Shown here: one piece after another, positions 1 through 11,563 of the stretch
Position numbering within the stretch: the stretch's first letter is position 1
How the letters are laid out: the number at the start of each line of letters is the position of its first letter
NCBI GenBank assembly: GCA_040905465.1
Contig: JBBDRK010000076.1
Coordinates: 25,967-72,793 of the forward strand
Length of the DNA stretch: 46,827 nt
Direction: 5' to 3'
Source of the DNA: Trueperaceae bacterium
GTDB taxonomy: Bacteria > Deinococcota > Deinococci > Deinococcales > Trueperaceae
Notes under the pieces: model-generated
Told to the model about the DNA's origin: nothing
What the model saw: the letters and a program-made list of their open reading frames with translations, nothing else
Database searches by the model: none
Made by a program: the position numbers and the translations under genes

Positions 1-143
1 CCCGCCCGGCCGGTGCGGCGATCTTCCAGGCGGCGCACCGCGGGGTCGTCGCCCATCTCGTCCAGATCCGACTTTCCGACGACGCTCGCCGCCGGTTACA
101 CTGATCTCGCCTGACATTTCTATCTGACTGGGGTGTATTCAAA

Positions 144-665
144 TTGCGCGAGCGCGTGGCGATCTTCATCGACGGCAGCAATCTCTATAACGGAATGCGG
201 GAGAATCTCTCGAATACCAGAGTAAATCTCTCCGAGCTTATGCGGCAGCTCCGGCGGGACCGGCCGCTGGTGCGGGCTTATTACTACAATGCGCCGCTGA
301 CGGACGACTACGACGAGGACCTGCGCGATGGGCAGCACCGCTTCTTCGAGTCCCTTCGTCGTATCCCTTATGTGACCGTGCGACTCGGACGGCTGCACCG
401 GCGCAACGACGGTTCGCTGGTGGAAAAGGGCATCGACGTCGCCATCGCCGTCGAGAGCCTCTCCCTGGCATACCGCGACGCCTACGATTGCGCCGTCCTG
501 ATCTCGGGCGACGGCGACTACGTCGAACTGGTGGAGGCCATCAAACGCACCGGCAAGCATGTGGAGTGCGCGATGTTCAAGAACCAGTCGGCAGGAGTGC
601 TCATGGAGTACGTCGACGTGTTCACGCCGCTCGACGAGCTGGATTGGTCGAAGATAGTCTTCTAA
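144..665 (+). CDS. NYN domain (LabA/DUF88, PIN-like) protein, putative ribonuclease
   Basis: Motifs FIDGSN, EKGIDVAIA and LISGDGDY carry the acidic residues typical of NYN domains; TTG start. Confidence 0.9.
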   Translation: MRERVAIFIDGSNLYNGMRENLSNTRVNLSELMRQLRRDRPLVRAYYYNAPLTDDYDEDLRDGQHRFFESLRRIPYVTVRLGRLHRRNDGSLVEKGIDVAIAVESLSLAYRDAYDCAVLISGDGDYVELVEAIKRTGKHVECAMFKNQSAGVLMEYVDVFTPLDELDWSKIVF

Positions 666-868
666 CCGGAAGGCAGCGGCTCCCGTCGCTGGAACTCGGG
701 CGTGCTCTCATCCATAATGGAGTCACCTTCTGAGAGAGATGGTTGGAAGAGGTGGTTCCCTTGGCCCTGTCGTTCCCTTGTCCCCCGACCCGAGAGTTCC
801 CGGCGTACCCCGAGCGACGTCGTCGGATGACTGATTGCCTTCCGAGCAGCGGCTGCTGATCCGCTGCA

Positions 869-2176
869 ATGAACACAATCAGCAGTTGGTTGGGCCGTGC
901 CTTTTCGATGGGCACGACCCGAGGAGTCACAGTTCGTTTCGGCCTGCTCGCCGGACTCCAGGAGTTCGCGATCTGGCTGCCTCTACCGGTACTCATCCTC
1001 CATATGACCGACCGGGGCCTGGACCTGGGCCTCATCGGCCTGGCCTTCGGACTCCGTGCTCTGCTGGTAGTCCTGCTGGAAGTGCCCACCGGTGGCCTTG
1101 CCGACGCGATCGGCAGGAAGCCGGTCGCGCTGGGCTCCCAGACGCTCACCCTGGTGTCGTTCGTGGTGCTGCTCTACGCGGGCGGACCGGGCACGGCAAT
1201 ACTCTACGCGCTGTTCCAGGGTGTCGGGGCGGCGCTTCACAGCGGCGCTCTCGACGCCTGGTACGTAGACGCCATCAAGCGGATCGACCCGGAAGTGCCG
1301 TTACAGCGCCACTTGGCAGTTGTCGATGTCCTGCAGTCCGCCGGAATGCTCGTCGCGGCGGCGATCGGAGGCTCACTACCGGCGTTGGCCAGCGGCTGGG
1401 ACCTGCCCTTTCCGCTCAGCGGATTCGGAATCGCCCTGTTCGCCGGTATCGCCGTAAGAGCGCTCGTGTGGCTGCTCACTGCCGTGCTGGTGGTGGAGCC
1501 CCCTCGTACCGAGAGCGCCGGGGTGGCCGGGCTGCGAGCGGTTCCCACCGTTCTCCGCGACGCGGTGAAGCTGTCGCACCGGATACCGATAGTTCGCTTC
1601 CTGCTGCTCTCGGCCGGAGCCAGCGGAGTGGCTCTCATCGCTCTGGAGACGTTCTGGCAGCCGGTTGCGGCGGCGACGTTCGGGAACACCGCCGAAGACA
1701 GCGGGGCGTTCGGAGCCCTGGGGTTGCTGATGGGCTTCGCGGTGCTTCTCGGCAGCCTGGCGATTCTCCGCTACGGTGAGCGGTTTCCTGGTGGATCGGC
1801 GTATCTCGCCGCTGCGACGCAGGCGGGCAAGGGCGTGGCGATGCTTCTGCTGGCGAGCCAGGCCGGGGCATTGGGCATCGCCGCCGGACTGGCGCTGTCG
1901 TACTTCGCCCTGTCCGCCAACAACGTTCCGCACGAGGCACTGCTCAACGACGCGATTCCGTCCGAGCGTCGCTCGGTGATGCTCAGCCTCAACTCGCTGT
2001 CGCTGTTCCTGGGAATCGCAATCGGCTCGACGGTCCTCGGCTTGCTGGCGTCACACCTCGGCGCCGGCTTCTCGCTGGCGGTCGCCGGGGTGTTCACTGT
2101 GCTCGCCAGCGCCGCCTACCTCGGCGTCGATCTGGCGAAGCGAAGAGGTGCGCGGCTGTACGAACCGCAGGCCTGA
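869..2176 (+). CDS. MFS transporter (probable exporter)
   Basis: About 12 hydrophobic segments; EVPTGGLADAIGRK (MFS motif A) and SGALDAW; start could instead be ATG 908. Confidence 0.85.
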   Translation: MNTISSWLGRAFSMGTTRGVTVRFGLLAGLQEFAIWLPLPVLILHMTDRGLDLGLIGLAFGLRALLVVLLEVPTGGLADAIGRKPVALGSQTLTLVSFVVLLYAGGPGTAILYALFQGVGAALHSGALDAWYVDAIKRIDPEVPLQRHLAVVDVLQSAGMLVAAAIGGSLPALASGWDLPFPLSGFGIALFAGIAVRALVWLLTAVLVVEPPRTESAGVAGLRAVPTVLRDAVKLSHRIPIVRFLLLSAGASGVALIALETFWQPVAAATFGNTAEDSGAFGALGLLMGFAVLLGSLAILRYGERFPGGSAYLAAATQAGKGVAMLLLASQAGALGIAAGLALSYFALSANNVPHEALLNDAIPSERRSVMLSLNSLSLFLGIAIGSTVLGLLASHLGAGFSLAVAGVFTVLASAAYLGVDLAKRRGARLYEPQA

Positions 2177-2191
2177 GACGGGCACGCCGTC

Positions 2192-4327
<2,136 letters not shown>

Positions 4328-4341
4328 TTACTGGAGGATGC

Positions 4342-5454
4342 ATGAGAAAAGCCCTGCTAGTCAGCCTCGCTCTGCTCGTTGGTTCCGCCCTCGCCCAGGA
4401 CTTCGTCATGGGCATCACCTTCGATGCCGGCGGCAAGTTCGACGGTTCGTTCAACGAAGGGACCTGGCGCGGGATGGTTCAGGCGATCGAGGAACTCGAA
4501 GGCGAGTACGAAATCGAGTTGCTCGAGTTCGAAGGAACGCCGGACACCGCGGCCGAGGGCCAGCGGCGCATCGCCTCGCAAGGCGCCGAGCTGATCGTCG
4601 CTCCGGGTTTCCTCCAGGCCGACGCCGTAGCGGCGACCGCCCGCGAGTTCCCCACCACCAGTTATGTGCTCATCGACGCGGTCGTGGAAGAGGAAAACGT
4701 CCGGAGCGTGCTCTTCAAGGAGCAGGAGGGCTCTTACCTGGTCGGTTACATCGCGGGGTCACTCTCCCAGACGGGAGTCGTCGGCTTCGTGGGCGGCATG
4801 GACATTCCGCTGATCCGTGCATTCGACCTCGGCTTCCAGGAGGGTGTGATGGCCGCCTGTGAAGAGTGCCGGGTGGTCAGCAACTACGTAGGGACCACGC
4901 CCGCCGCCTGGAACGATCCGACCAGGGCCAAGGAGTTGGCCACCGCCCAGCAGGCGCAGGGCGCCGACATCATCTACGCCGCCGCCGGCGCGTCGGGCAA
5001 CGGCGTCATCGACTTCGTCAACGAAACCATGTGCTACCGGCCGCGGGGCGAGCTCCGCAGCACTGCGCTGGCCGAGCAACTCGCCGACATCTCGCGCAGC
5101 AGCGCCTATGAGAGCCGCTGCGGTGGGGACAGCCAGCCTCTGTTCTTCATCGGCGTGGATTCGAACCAGAACCCGTTCGGCGACACCGACAACGATCCGG
5201 ACACCCTCAACCACGGCCTGACCAGCATGCTCAAGCGCGTGGATGTTGCCGCCTACAACGCGGTCATGGACATAGTGAACGGTGAGTTCAGCGGCGGCCT
5301 GCAGAACCTCGGCCTCGCCGAAGAGGGCGTGGGCTACGCGGTCGACGAATTCAACACGGCACTGCTGCCGGAGTCGCTCATCGAGGAGGTCGATGGCGTG
5401 ACCGAGCAGATCGTCAGTGGCGACATCGTGGTGACCGACTACCGCCAGCAGTAA
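4342..5454 (+). CDS. BMP (PnrA/TmpC) family ABC substrate-binding protein, probably nucleoside binding
   Basis: Sec signal peptide ending ALA-Q; GGKFDGSFN, FKEQEGSYLVG, ADIIYAAAG, IGVDSNQ, TSMLKRVD. Confidence 0.9.
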   Translation: MRKALLVSLALLVGSALAQDFVMGITFDAGGKFDGSFNEGTWRGMVQAIEELEGEYEIELLEFEGTPDTAAEGQRRIASQGAELIVAPGFLQADAVAATAREFPTTSYVLIDAVVEEENVRSVLFKEQEGSYLVGYIAGSLSQTGVVGFVGGMDIPLIRAFDLGFQEGVMAACEECRVVSNYVGTTPAAWNDPTRAKELATAQQAQGADIIYAAAGASGNGVIDFVNETMCYRPRGELRSTALAEQLADISRSSAYESRCGGDSQPLFFIGVDSNQNPFGDTDNDPDTLNHGLTSMLKRVDVAAYNAVMDIVNGEFSGGLQNLGLAEEGVGYAVDEFNTALLPESLIEEVDGVTEQIVSGDIVVTDYRQQ

Positions 5455-5460
5455 GTGTGA

Positions 5461-5550
5461 CGACTAGCGGCCCGGCCGGTTGTCGGTCGGGCCGCTAGTC
5501 GATCCAGCCAGGCGAACGGGCTCCCCCCTTGGGCGGAGCCCGTTTCTGTT
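5461..5550 (+). terminator. Tandem hairpins / intrinsic terminator after the BMP gene
   Basis: ~19-bp stem 5461-5501 (CGACTAGCGGCCCG...CGGGCCGCTAGTCG), then AACGGGCTCC...GGAGCCCGTT followed by TCTGTT. Confidence 0.75.
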
Positions 5551-5617
5551 GCTGGACGCGTCTCCACGTCGGCCCGGGATCCCCTTTGGATGACGCGACA
5601 TGCTAATATGTAACGTT

Positions 5618-6042
<425 letters not shown>

Positions 6043-6043
6043 T

Positions 6044-6080
6044 CGAGGGCGGACGCACCTGCGTCCGCCCTCGCTCATTT
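6044..6080 (+). terminator. Terminator hairpin after rnpB
   Basis: CGAGGGCGGACGC-ACCT-GCGTCCGCCCTCG perfect 13-bp stem, short T run after. Confidence 0.75.
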
Positions 6081-6148
6081 CGGTCCCGGGAACCGCACCT
6101 TCTCCGCTCGCTCGCGCCCTTCAATTCTCAGCCTGCTCCCTGACTCTA

Positions 6149-6240
6149 GTGGGTCTTTTGTGGGAGAAATCTCCGATATCGGCCTAAATGGTCAGACGCG
6201 TGGGGAATCGTGGGGATATGTGGTAAAAGTGTGTTACACT
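6149..6240 (+). promoter_or_regulatory. dcw promoter with MraZ-binding GTGG(G) repeats
   Basis: GTGGG at 6149 and 6160; GTGGG/GTGGG/GTGGT at 6200, 6210, 6220 (10-bp period); extended -10 TGtTACACT at 6232-6240. Confidence 0.8.
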
Positions 6241-6339
6241 GCTTTTGACAGCAGAAGCCGTCTCGACGGGCCGTAACCGGTCGTTTCCGGGGTATTCGGG
6301 GGCCGAGGTAAGTGGCGATGAGTGGGAGAGTTGCCGAGG

Positions 6340-6768
6340 ATGCCATTCGGGGAGTACCAGTATTCAGTCGACGACAAAGGCCGGGTCATCGTGCCCCCCG
6401 CCTTTCGCGAGTTCGTCGAGGATGGAATGGTAATCACCCGCGGCATGGAGGGTTGTCTCTACGTCTTCCCGCTGACCTCCTGGCAACGAATCGAAACGCG
6501 CCTCACCGAGCTGCCGCTTACCGATCCGGATGCCCGCAACTTCGTTCGCTTCTTCTACTCGGGCGCATCCAAGGCCAAGACCGACTCGGCCGGCAGGGTA
6601 ACGCTGCCAGCCACCCTGAGGCTGTTCGCTCAGGTCGACGGCAACGTTGTCGTCGCCGGCGCACCGAACCGGTTGGAAGTCTGGAACGAGACGCGCTGGC
6701 TCGAGAACCTCAACCAGGTACAGACCCAACCGCCCGCCCCCGAGCTTCTGAGGGAGCTGGTGGGATGA
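6340..6768 (+). CDS. mraZ: Division/cell wall cluster transcriptional repressor MraZ
   Basis: MPFGEYQYSVDDKGRVIVP, DSAGRVTLP; first gene of the dcw cluster; start ATG 6340. Confidence 0.96.
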   Translation: MPFGEYQYSVDDKGRVIVPPAFREFVEDGMVITRGMEGCLYVFPLTSWQRIETRLTELPLTDPDARNFVRFFYSGASKAKTDSAGRVTLPATLRLFAQVDGNVVVAGAPNRLEVWNETRWLENLNQVQTQPPAPELLRELVG

Positions 6769-7628
6769 GCGACGCGCCACACGAACCGGTGATGCTCGAC
6801 GAGATCATCGGGTACCTGCGGCCTGCTGCGGGCCGAACGCTGGTAGACGCGACCTTCGGCGCCGGCGGCCACACGCGTACGCTGCTGCGAGAGGGCGCCG
6901 ACGTGATCGCCGTCGATCAGGACCGCGAGGCACTCGAACACGCCCGCGCCCTTGCCTCGGAGAAGCTGCGCTTCGTTGCCGGAAACTTTCGCGACCTCGG
7001 CGCCCACCTGGCCGCCTTAGGCGTGGACAAGGTAGACGGCATCCTCTGTGATCTCGGAGTTTCTTCGATGCAGCTCGACAAGGGCGAGCGCGGGTTCGCA
7101 TTCCGCCAGCAGGGGCCGCTCGACATGCGCATGGGAGCGCAGGAGGAGAGCGCCGCCGACGTGGTCAACGAATACCCGCAGGAAGAACTGGCGGCCATCA
7201 TCTTCCGCTTCGGCGAAGAGCGCCACTCGCGGCGGGTAGCACGGGCGATCGTCGAGGCTCGCGCCACGGAACCGATCCTCACCACCGAGCGGCTGACGCA
7301 GGTCGTGGCGTCGGCATACCCGCCCGGCAAGCGCCGGGAGCACCCGGCGCGCCGGACTTTCCAGGCTCTGCGCATATACGTGAACGACGAACTCGGCGCG
7401 CTGGCGACGATCCTGGAGCAGGCACCGGAACTGCTCGCCGCCGGCGGTCGGCTGGTCATCCTCTCCTACCACTCCCTCGAGGACCGGCTGGTCAAGCGCG
7501 CGATGCGTGACGACCCGCGCTATGAACCGTTGACCAAGCGGCCTCAGACGGCAGCCGAGGCCGAAACCCAACGCAACCCGCGCTCGCGCAGCGCGAAGTT
7601 GAGAGCAGCCGAGCGGAGCGCGTCGTGA
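6765..7628 (+). CDS. rsmH: 16S rRNA m4C1402 methyltransferase
   Basis: HEPVMLDE, DATFGAGGHT, DLGVSSMQLD, SYHSLEDR, NPRSRSAKLR; ATGA overlap with mraZ. Confidence 0.97.
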   Translation: MSDAPHEPVMLDEIIGYLRPAAGRTLVDATFGAGGHTRTLLREGADVIAVDQDREALEHARALASEKLRFVAGNFRDLGAHLAALGVDKVDGILCDLGVSSMQLDKGERGFAFRQQGPLDMRMGAQEESAADVVNEYPQEELAAIIFRFGEERHSRRVARAIVEARATEPILTTERLTQVVASAYPPGKRREHPARRTFQALRIYVNDELGALATILEQAPELLAAGGRLVILSYHSLEDRLVKRAMRDDPRYEPLTKRPQTAAEAETQRNPRSRSAKLRAAERSAS

Positions 7629-7939
7629 GGCTGACCCGGTTCGTGCCCCTCTATGCCGTTCTGGTCCTCGTTCTGGCGCTGATAGGCGGCTTCAATCAGG
7701 TCAGGTACCGCCATCAGGCACGGTTGATCGAGCACAAGTCGGAGCTGCACGAGCTGATCAGCGACCTGCGCACCGACGCGGCGCAGATCCAGGGACCGTT
7801 GGCGGTGGGAGCCTGGGCACGCCAGACCGGCATGGTTCCCTCCCCCGAAGTCGGCCGGCTTCGACACGTGGCGTACTTTCCGGCTCCGCAGGCACAAGCG
7901 TCCCCTGCCGGTCTCGAGATGAGAACGATATGGCGCTGA
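7625..7939 (+). CDS. ftsL: FtsL-like cell division protein
   Basis: Single TM followed by a coiled coil and ARQTGM motif; lies between rsmH and the PBP gene. Confidence 0.6.
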   Translation: MRLTRFVPLYAVLVLVLALIGGFNQVRYRHQARLIEHKSELHELISDLRTDAAQIQGPLAVGAWARQTGMVPSPEVGRLRHVAYFPAPQAQASPAGLEMRTIWR

Positions 7940-9309
7940 AAGCTCCACCGAACGAGCTGTATCTGACCCGGCGCCATCTGATGCTGTTCGTTACCGTACT
8001 GCCGCTGCTGCTTGCGTTGGCCGGTTTCGCGCTTCAGGGCAGCCAGACTCCCTCGTGGCCCGGGCAGCTGTCCGATCCCGCCCCTCGCGGCCGGATCCTG
8101 GCCGCGGATGGAACGGTACTCGCCGAAGGGCGTCCCGAGAACCGGCACTATCCCGAGGGCAACCTGGCGGCTCACCTCGTCGGCTTCAGTGGCCGGGTTC
8201 AGCCCGACGGACGCTTCGGACTGGAAGGGCTCGAGTACACCTACGACCGGCTCCTCCAACAGGGCCTCGACGTACGCCTGACCATCGACCCGGACTTCCA
8301 GGCCGCCGCGCAAACCGAGCTGAAGGCGACGATGGAGGCGGTCGACGCCGACAACGGAGCGGTAGTGATGCTGGAAGCAGGCAGCGGCCGGATCCTGGCC
8401 GCCGCCTCCTATCCGGAGTTCGACCCCAACGATCAGGGCTCTTTCGGACGCGAGGCCCTCATCAACCGCGCCTTCCTGCACCAATACGAACCCGGCTCGG
8501 TACTGAAGCCGCTGGTCGTTGCCGCGCTCATGGAGAGCGGCAAGCTGTCGCCGCGAGAGGTCGTTCCGGCCGAGCCGTGCCTGCGCGTGGGCGACAACAC
8601 GTTTTGCGACGTCGCCGGACACGACGACCAGCTGGCGGTGCAAGACGTCTTGCGGTACTCGAGCAACACCGCGATGCTCCACCTTACCGAGCGTTTCACG
8701 CCCGCCGAGTTGCACTCCTGGTTGGACCGCTTCGGCTTCGGAAGGCAGCCCGAGCTCGACTCGGCCTTCACTCGCAGCGGCCGTCTCAACCCCTGGCAAA
8801 GCTGGGTGCCCCAGGACCAGGCCTCGGTAACCATCGGCCAGAGCATGTCGGTAACGGCGCTACAACTGGCGACTGCCTACAGCGTCTTCGCCAACGACGG
8901 CATGCTGGTCACACCGCACCTGGTGGCCGGAGAACAGAAGCCTCAGCCGTATCCGGTGCTGTCACCGGAAGTGGCCTACGCGATTCGCTCGATGCTGCGC
9001 TACACCGTCGAGGAGAGCGGCATTCGCCACTCGCGGATCCCCGATGTGACCATGGCCGGCAAGACCGGAACCGCCGACATCTTCGACTCCGAGCTCGGAC
9101 GCTACGTGGAGGGCGACTACACCCTCTCGTTCGCCGGGATGTTTCCGGCAGAGCGTCCCCAGGTGATCATGGTCGTTTACGTGCAGAAGCCGCAGGTAGA
9201 CACGTCGAGCACCTATGTGGCGGCCCCCCTCTTCCAGGCGATCGGCACCAGGGCCGTGGCCCGCTGGGGCGTTCCCCCGATCGAGCTGCCGGTAGCGCAG
9301 CAGTATTGA
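7930..9309 (+). CDS. ftsI: Class B penicillin-binding protein (FtsI/PBP3-like)
   Basis: N-terminal TM; RGRILAADG; SxxK (GSVLK), SxN (YSSN) and KTG motifs; dcw position. Confidence 0.9.
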   Translation: MALKAPPNELYLTRRHLMLFVTVLPLLLALAGFALQGSQTPSWPGQLSDPAPRGRILAADGTVLAEGRPENRHYPEGNLAAHLVGFSGRVQPDGRFGLEGLEYTYDRLLQQGLDVRLTIDPDFQAAAQTELKATMEAVDADNGAVVMLEAGSGRILAAASYPEFDPNDQGSFGREALINRAFLHQYEPGSVLKPLVVAALMESGKLSPREVVPAEPCLRVGDNTFCDVAGHDDQLAVQDVLRYSSNTAMLHLTERFTPAELHSWLDRFGFGRQPELDSAFTRSGRLNPWQSWVPQDQASVTIGQSMSVTALQLATAYSVFANDGMLVTPHLVAGEQKPQPYPVLSPEVAYAIRSMLRYTVEESGIRHSRIPDVTMAGKTGTADIFDSELGRYVEGDYTLSFAGMFPAERPQVIMVVYVQKPQVDTSSTYVAAPLFQAIGTRAVARWGVPPIELPVAQQY

Positions 9310-9335
9310 GCAATTATTATGTGTAAGATGTGTAT

Positions 9336-10655
9336 GTGGCTCAGATGCCGAGCGACGGGTCCAAAGTGCTGACGGCCGAGCTCATCCGCGAGCTTGCTGG
9401 AACGGCCGCTCCCTCGGCAGCGCTTCCGGCGGCCACGGGGGCAGCTTTCCACTCGGGCAGGGTCAGGCCGGGAGACGCCTTCTTCGCGCTGCCCGGCGCC
9501 AGCGAGCACGGAATCATCCATGCCGAGCGCGCTCTCGAGCGGGGAGCCGCATACATAGTCTCCGATCGTCCTCATCCGCGCGGCATACGGCTCGGCGATC
9601 CGGCGAAGGCGCTGCTCGCTCTCGGCCGGCACGCACGGGCCCGGCTACGCGGTCCAGTGATCGCCATCAGCGGCTCGGCCGGCAAGACGTCGACCAAGTC
9701 CCTCGCTTCGGCCGCACTGGACGCCAGCTCCAGCCCGGGCAACTTCAATACCCCGTTGGCGCTCGCCTGTACCCTCGTGAGCGCCTGGCTCAGCGACCCG
9801 CGGCGCCCCCTGGTGGTGGAACTCGGCATAGACCGTCCCGGTGAGATGGACGAGCTCGTCGATCTGGTGCAGCCCAGTCACGGCCTGCTGACGGCGATCG
9901 GTGAGAGCCACCTGGAACGCCTCGGCAGCGTCGAAGGCGTGGCCCGCGAGAAGTCGCGCCTGCTGGAGCGCTGTGCCGAGCGTCTGGCCAGCACGGGCGC
10001 CGCCGAGCGGCTGCCGCGTCCCTTGCCCGGCCTCGTGAGCTACGGCCTCGGGCACGGTGCCGCCGTCACCGGCACCGTGAGTCGCAGCGATTCGGAGGGC
10101 CAGACCGTTGAAGCCCTCGGGATCTCGCTCCGCCTGCCCTATCCGGGCACCGCCATGGCCGAAAACGCCCTGGCTGCCCTGGCCCTGGCCTGGCGCCTAG
10201 GTATCGACCTTCGGACGGCGGCCGCGCGCATGGCGTCGGCACGCCTCGAACCGGGCCGCCTCGAACCCAAGAGGATGGGATCGCGACTGGTGCTCGACGA
10301 CAGCTACAACTCCAATCCGACCTCGTCCAGGCAAGCACTCGCGTTGCTCGCAACGAGCCCGGGACCGAGGGTGGCGATTCTCGGCGACATGCTCGAGCTC
10401 GGCGATCAGGCCGAGGAGCTGCACCGCGAGCTCGGCGCGCTCACCCGCGGCCTCGAGTTCGTCCTGGCCATCGGCCCGTTGGCACGGCACATCCGTGAAG
10501 GGAACCCCGACGCCGTCTACGCAACCGGTGTCGAGCAGGCCCTTGCGCTCCTGGAGCGGCTGCCCGTGAGCGGGACGGTACTGGTGAAAGCGTCGCGCGG
10601 CATGCGGCTCGAACGGGTCGTCGCCGCCCTCGCCAGCGAGGGTGAGCAAGCATGA
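9336..10655 (+). CDS. murF: UDP-MurNAc-tripeptide--D-Ala-D-Ala ligase
   Basis: ISGSAGKTSTK, GNFNT, DDSYNSNP, LGDMLELG, VKASRGM; leaderless GTG 9336 preferred (TAAGAT 6 nt upstream). Confidence 0.93.
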   Translation: MAQMPSDGSKVLTAELIRELAGTAAPSAALPAATGAAFHSGRVRPGDAFFALPGASEHGIIHAERALERGAAYIVSDRPHPRGIRLGDPAKALLALGRHARARLRGPVIAISGSAGKTSTKSLASAALDASSSPGNFNTPLALACTLVSAWLSDPRRPLVVELGIDRPGEMDELVDLVQPSHGLLTAIGESHLERLGSVEGVAREKSRLLERCAERLASTGAAERLPRPLPGLVSYGLGHGAAVTGTVSRSDSEGQTVEALGISLRLPYPGTAMAENALAALALAWRLGIDLRTAAARMASARLEPGRLEPKRMGSRLVLDDSYNSNPTSSRQALALLATSPGPRVAILGDMLELGDQAEELHRELGALTRGLEFVLAIGPLARHIREGNPDAVYATGVEQALALLERLPVSGTVLVKASRGMRLERVVAALASEGEQA

Positions 10656-11563
10656 TAGTGGCGGCGTCCGCACTCGTCGCACTGCTTCTCACCGGAAGCT
10701 ATGTCCAGCTCGCCGGACGTCTGGGCTGGGGCAAGTCGGTAAGGCGGGACGGACCCACCGGCCACCTGTCGAAGGAGGGCACTCCGACCATGGGCGGCCT
10801 CGCGTTCCTGGCGGCGATGCTGCTCGTCTGGCTGGCGTTCGGCGAGCGCGGGCCGGACGACCTCGCTCTGGCCGTGCTGGTCCTGGCCAGCGCCGCTCTG
10901 GGCTTCTGGGACGACCTGTCGGCACTGGTACGCAAGCGCAGGGAGGCGCGCCTTGAGGACCCCAGCACGGGAGCGCTGGCGCGCTGGCGAATACTCCTGC
11001 AGACCGGGGTGGCCCTCGGGTTCGCGATCTACGCGGTAGACGCCGGTCACTCGCTCACCGGAGTCCCGGCAGCCGACGTGCTGGGCTTCACCTTCGTGGT
11101 GGTGGGCGCCATCAACGCCCTCAACTTCTCCGACGGGCTCGACGGGCTGGCGGCCGGGATGACCTGCATCATGCTGCTGCTCTTCCTGGGCCACCCCCTC
11201 GCCACGGCGTTGTTGGGCGCCCTGCTCGGCTTCCTCTGGTACAACGCCAAGCCCGCTCGCGTGTTCATGGGCGGCGTGGGTTCGGAGGCCTTGGGTGCGG
11301 CGATCGCCGGCCTGGCGATCGTCTCGGACGTTACCTGGTACCTGCCGCTCATCGCCCTGGTGCCGGTGCTCGAGGTGTTGTCCGTGGTGATCCAGGTGGC
11401 GTTCTTCCGTGCCACTGGCGGTAAGCGTATATTTCGCATGAGCCCGTTGCACCACCACTTCGAGCTGTCCGGCTGGAGCGAGGTACAGGTGGTATTCCGT
11501 TTTTGGCTGGTCACGGCGGTCTGTGTGGCGATCGCCTGGGGCCTGCTCGGGGGAGTAGCGTGA
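10652..11563 (+). CDS. mraY: Phospho-MurNAc-pentapeptide transferase
   Basis: KEGTPTMGG, GFWDD, NALNFSDGLDGL, PLHHHFE. Confidence 0.96.
   Translation: MIVAASALVALLLTGSYVQLAGRLGWGKSVRRDGPTGHLSKEGTPTMGGLAFLAAMLLVWLAFGERGPDDLALAVLVLASAALGFWDDLSALVRKRREARLEDPSTGALARWRILLQTGVALGFAIYAVDAGHSLTGVPAADVLGFTFVVVGAINALNFSDGLDGLAAGMTCIMLLLFLGHPLATALLGALLGFLWYNAKPARVFMGGVGSEALGAAIAGLAIVSDVTWYLPLIALVPVLEVLSVVIQVAFFRATGGKRIFRMSPLHHHFELSGWSEVQVVFRFWLVTAVCVAIAWGLLGGVA

Noticed and set aside
6312..6764. 438-aa ORF extending rsmH upstream across mraZ
   Set aside because: The extension is low-complexity shadow sequence; RsmH similarity begins at ATG 6765, coupled to the mraZ stop
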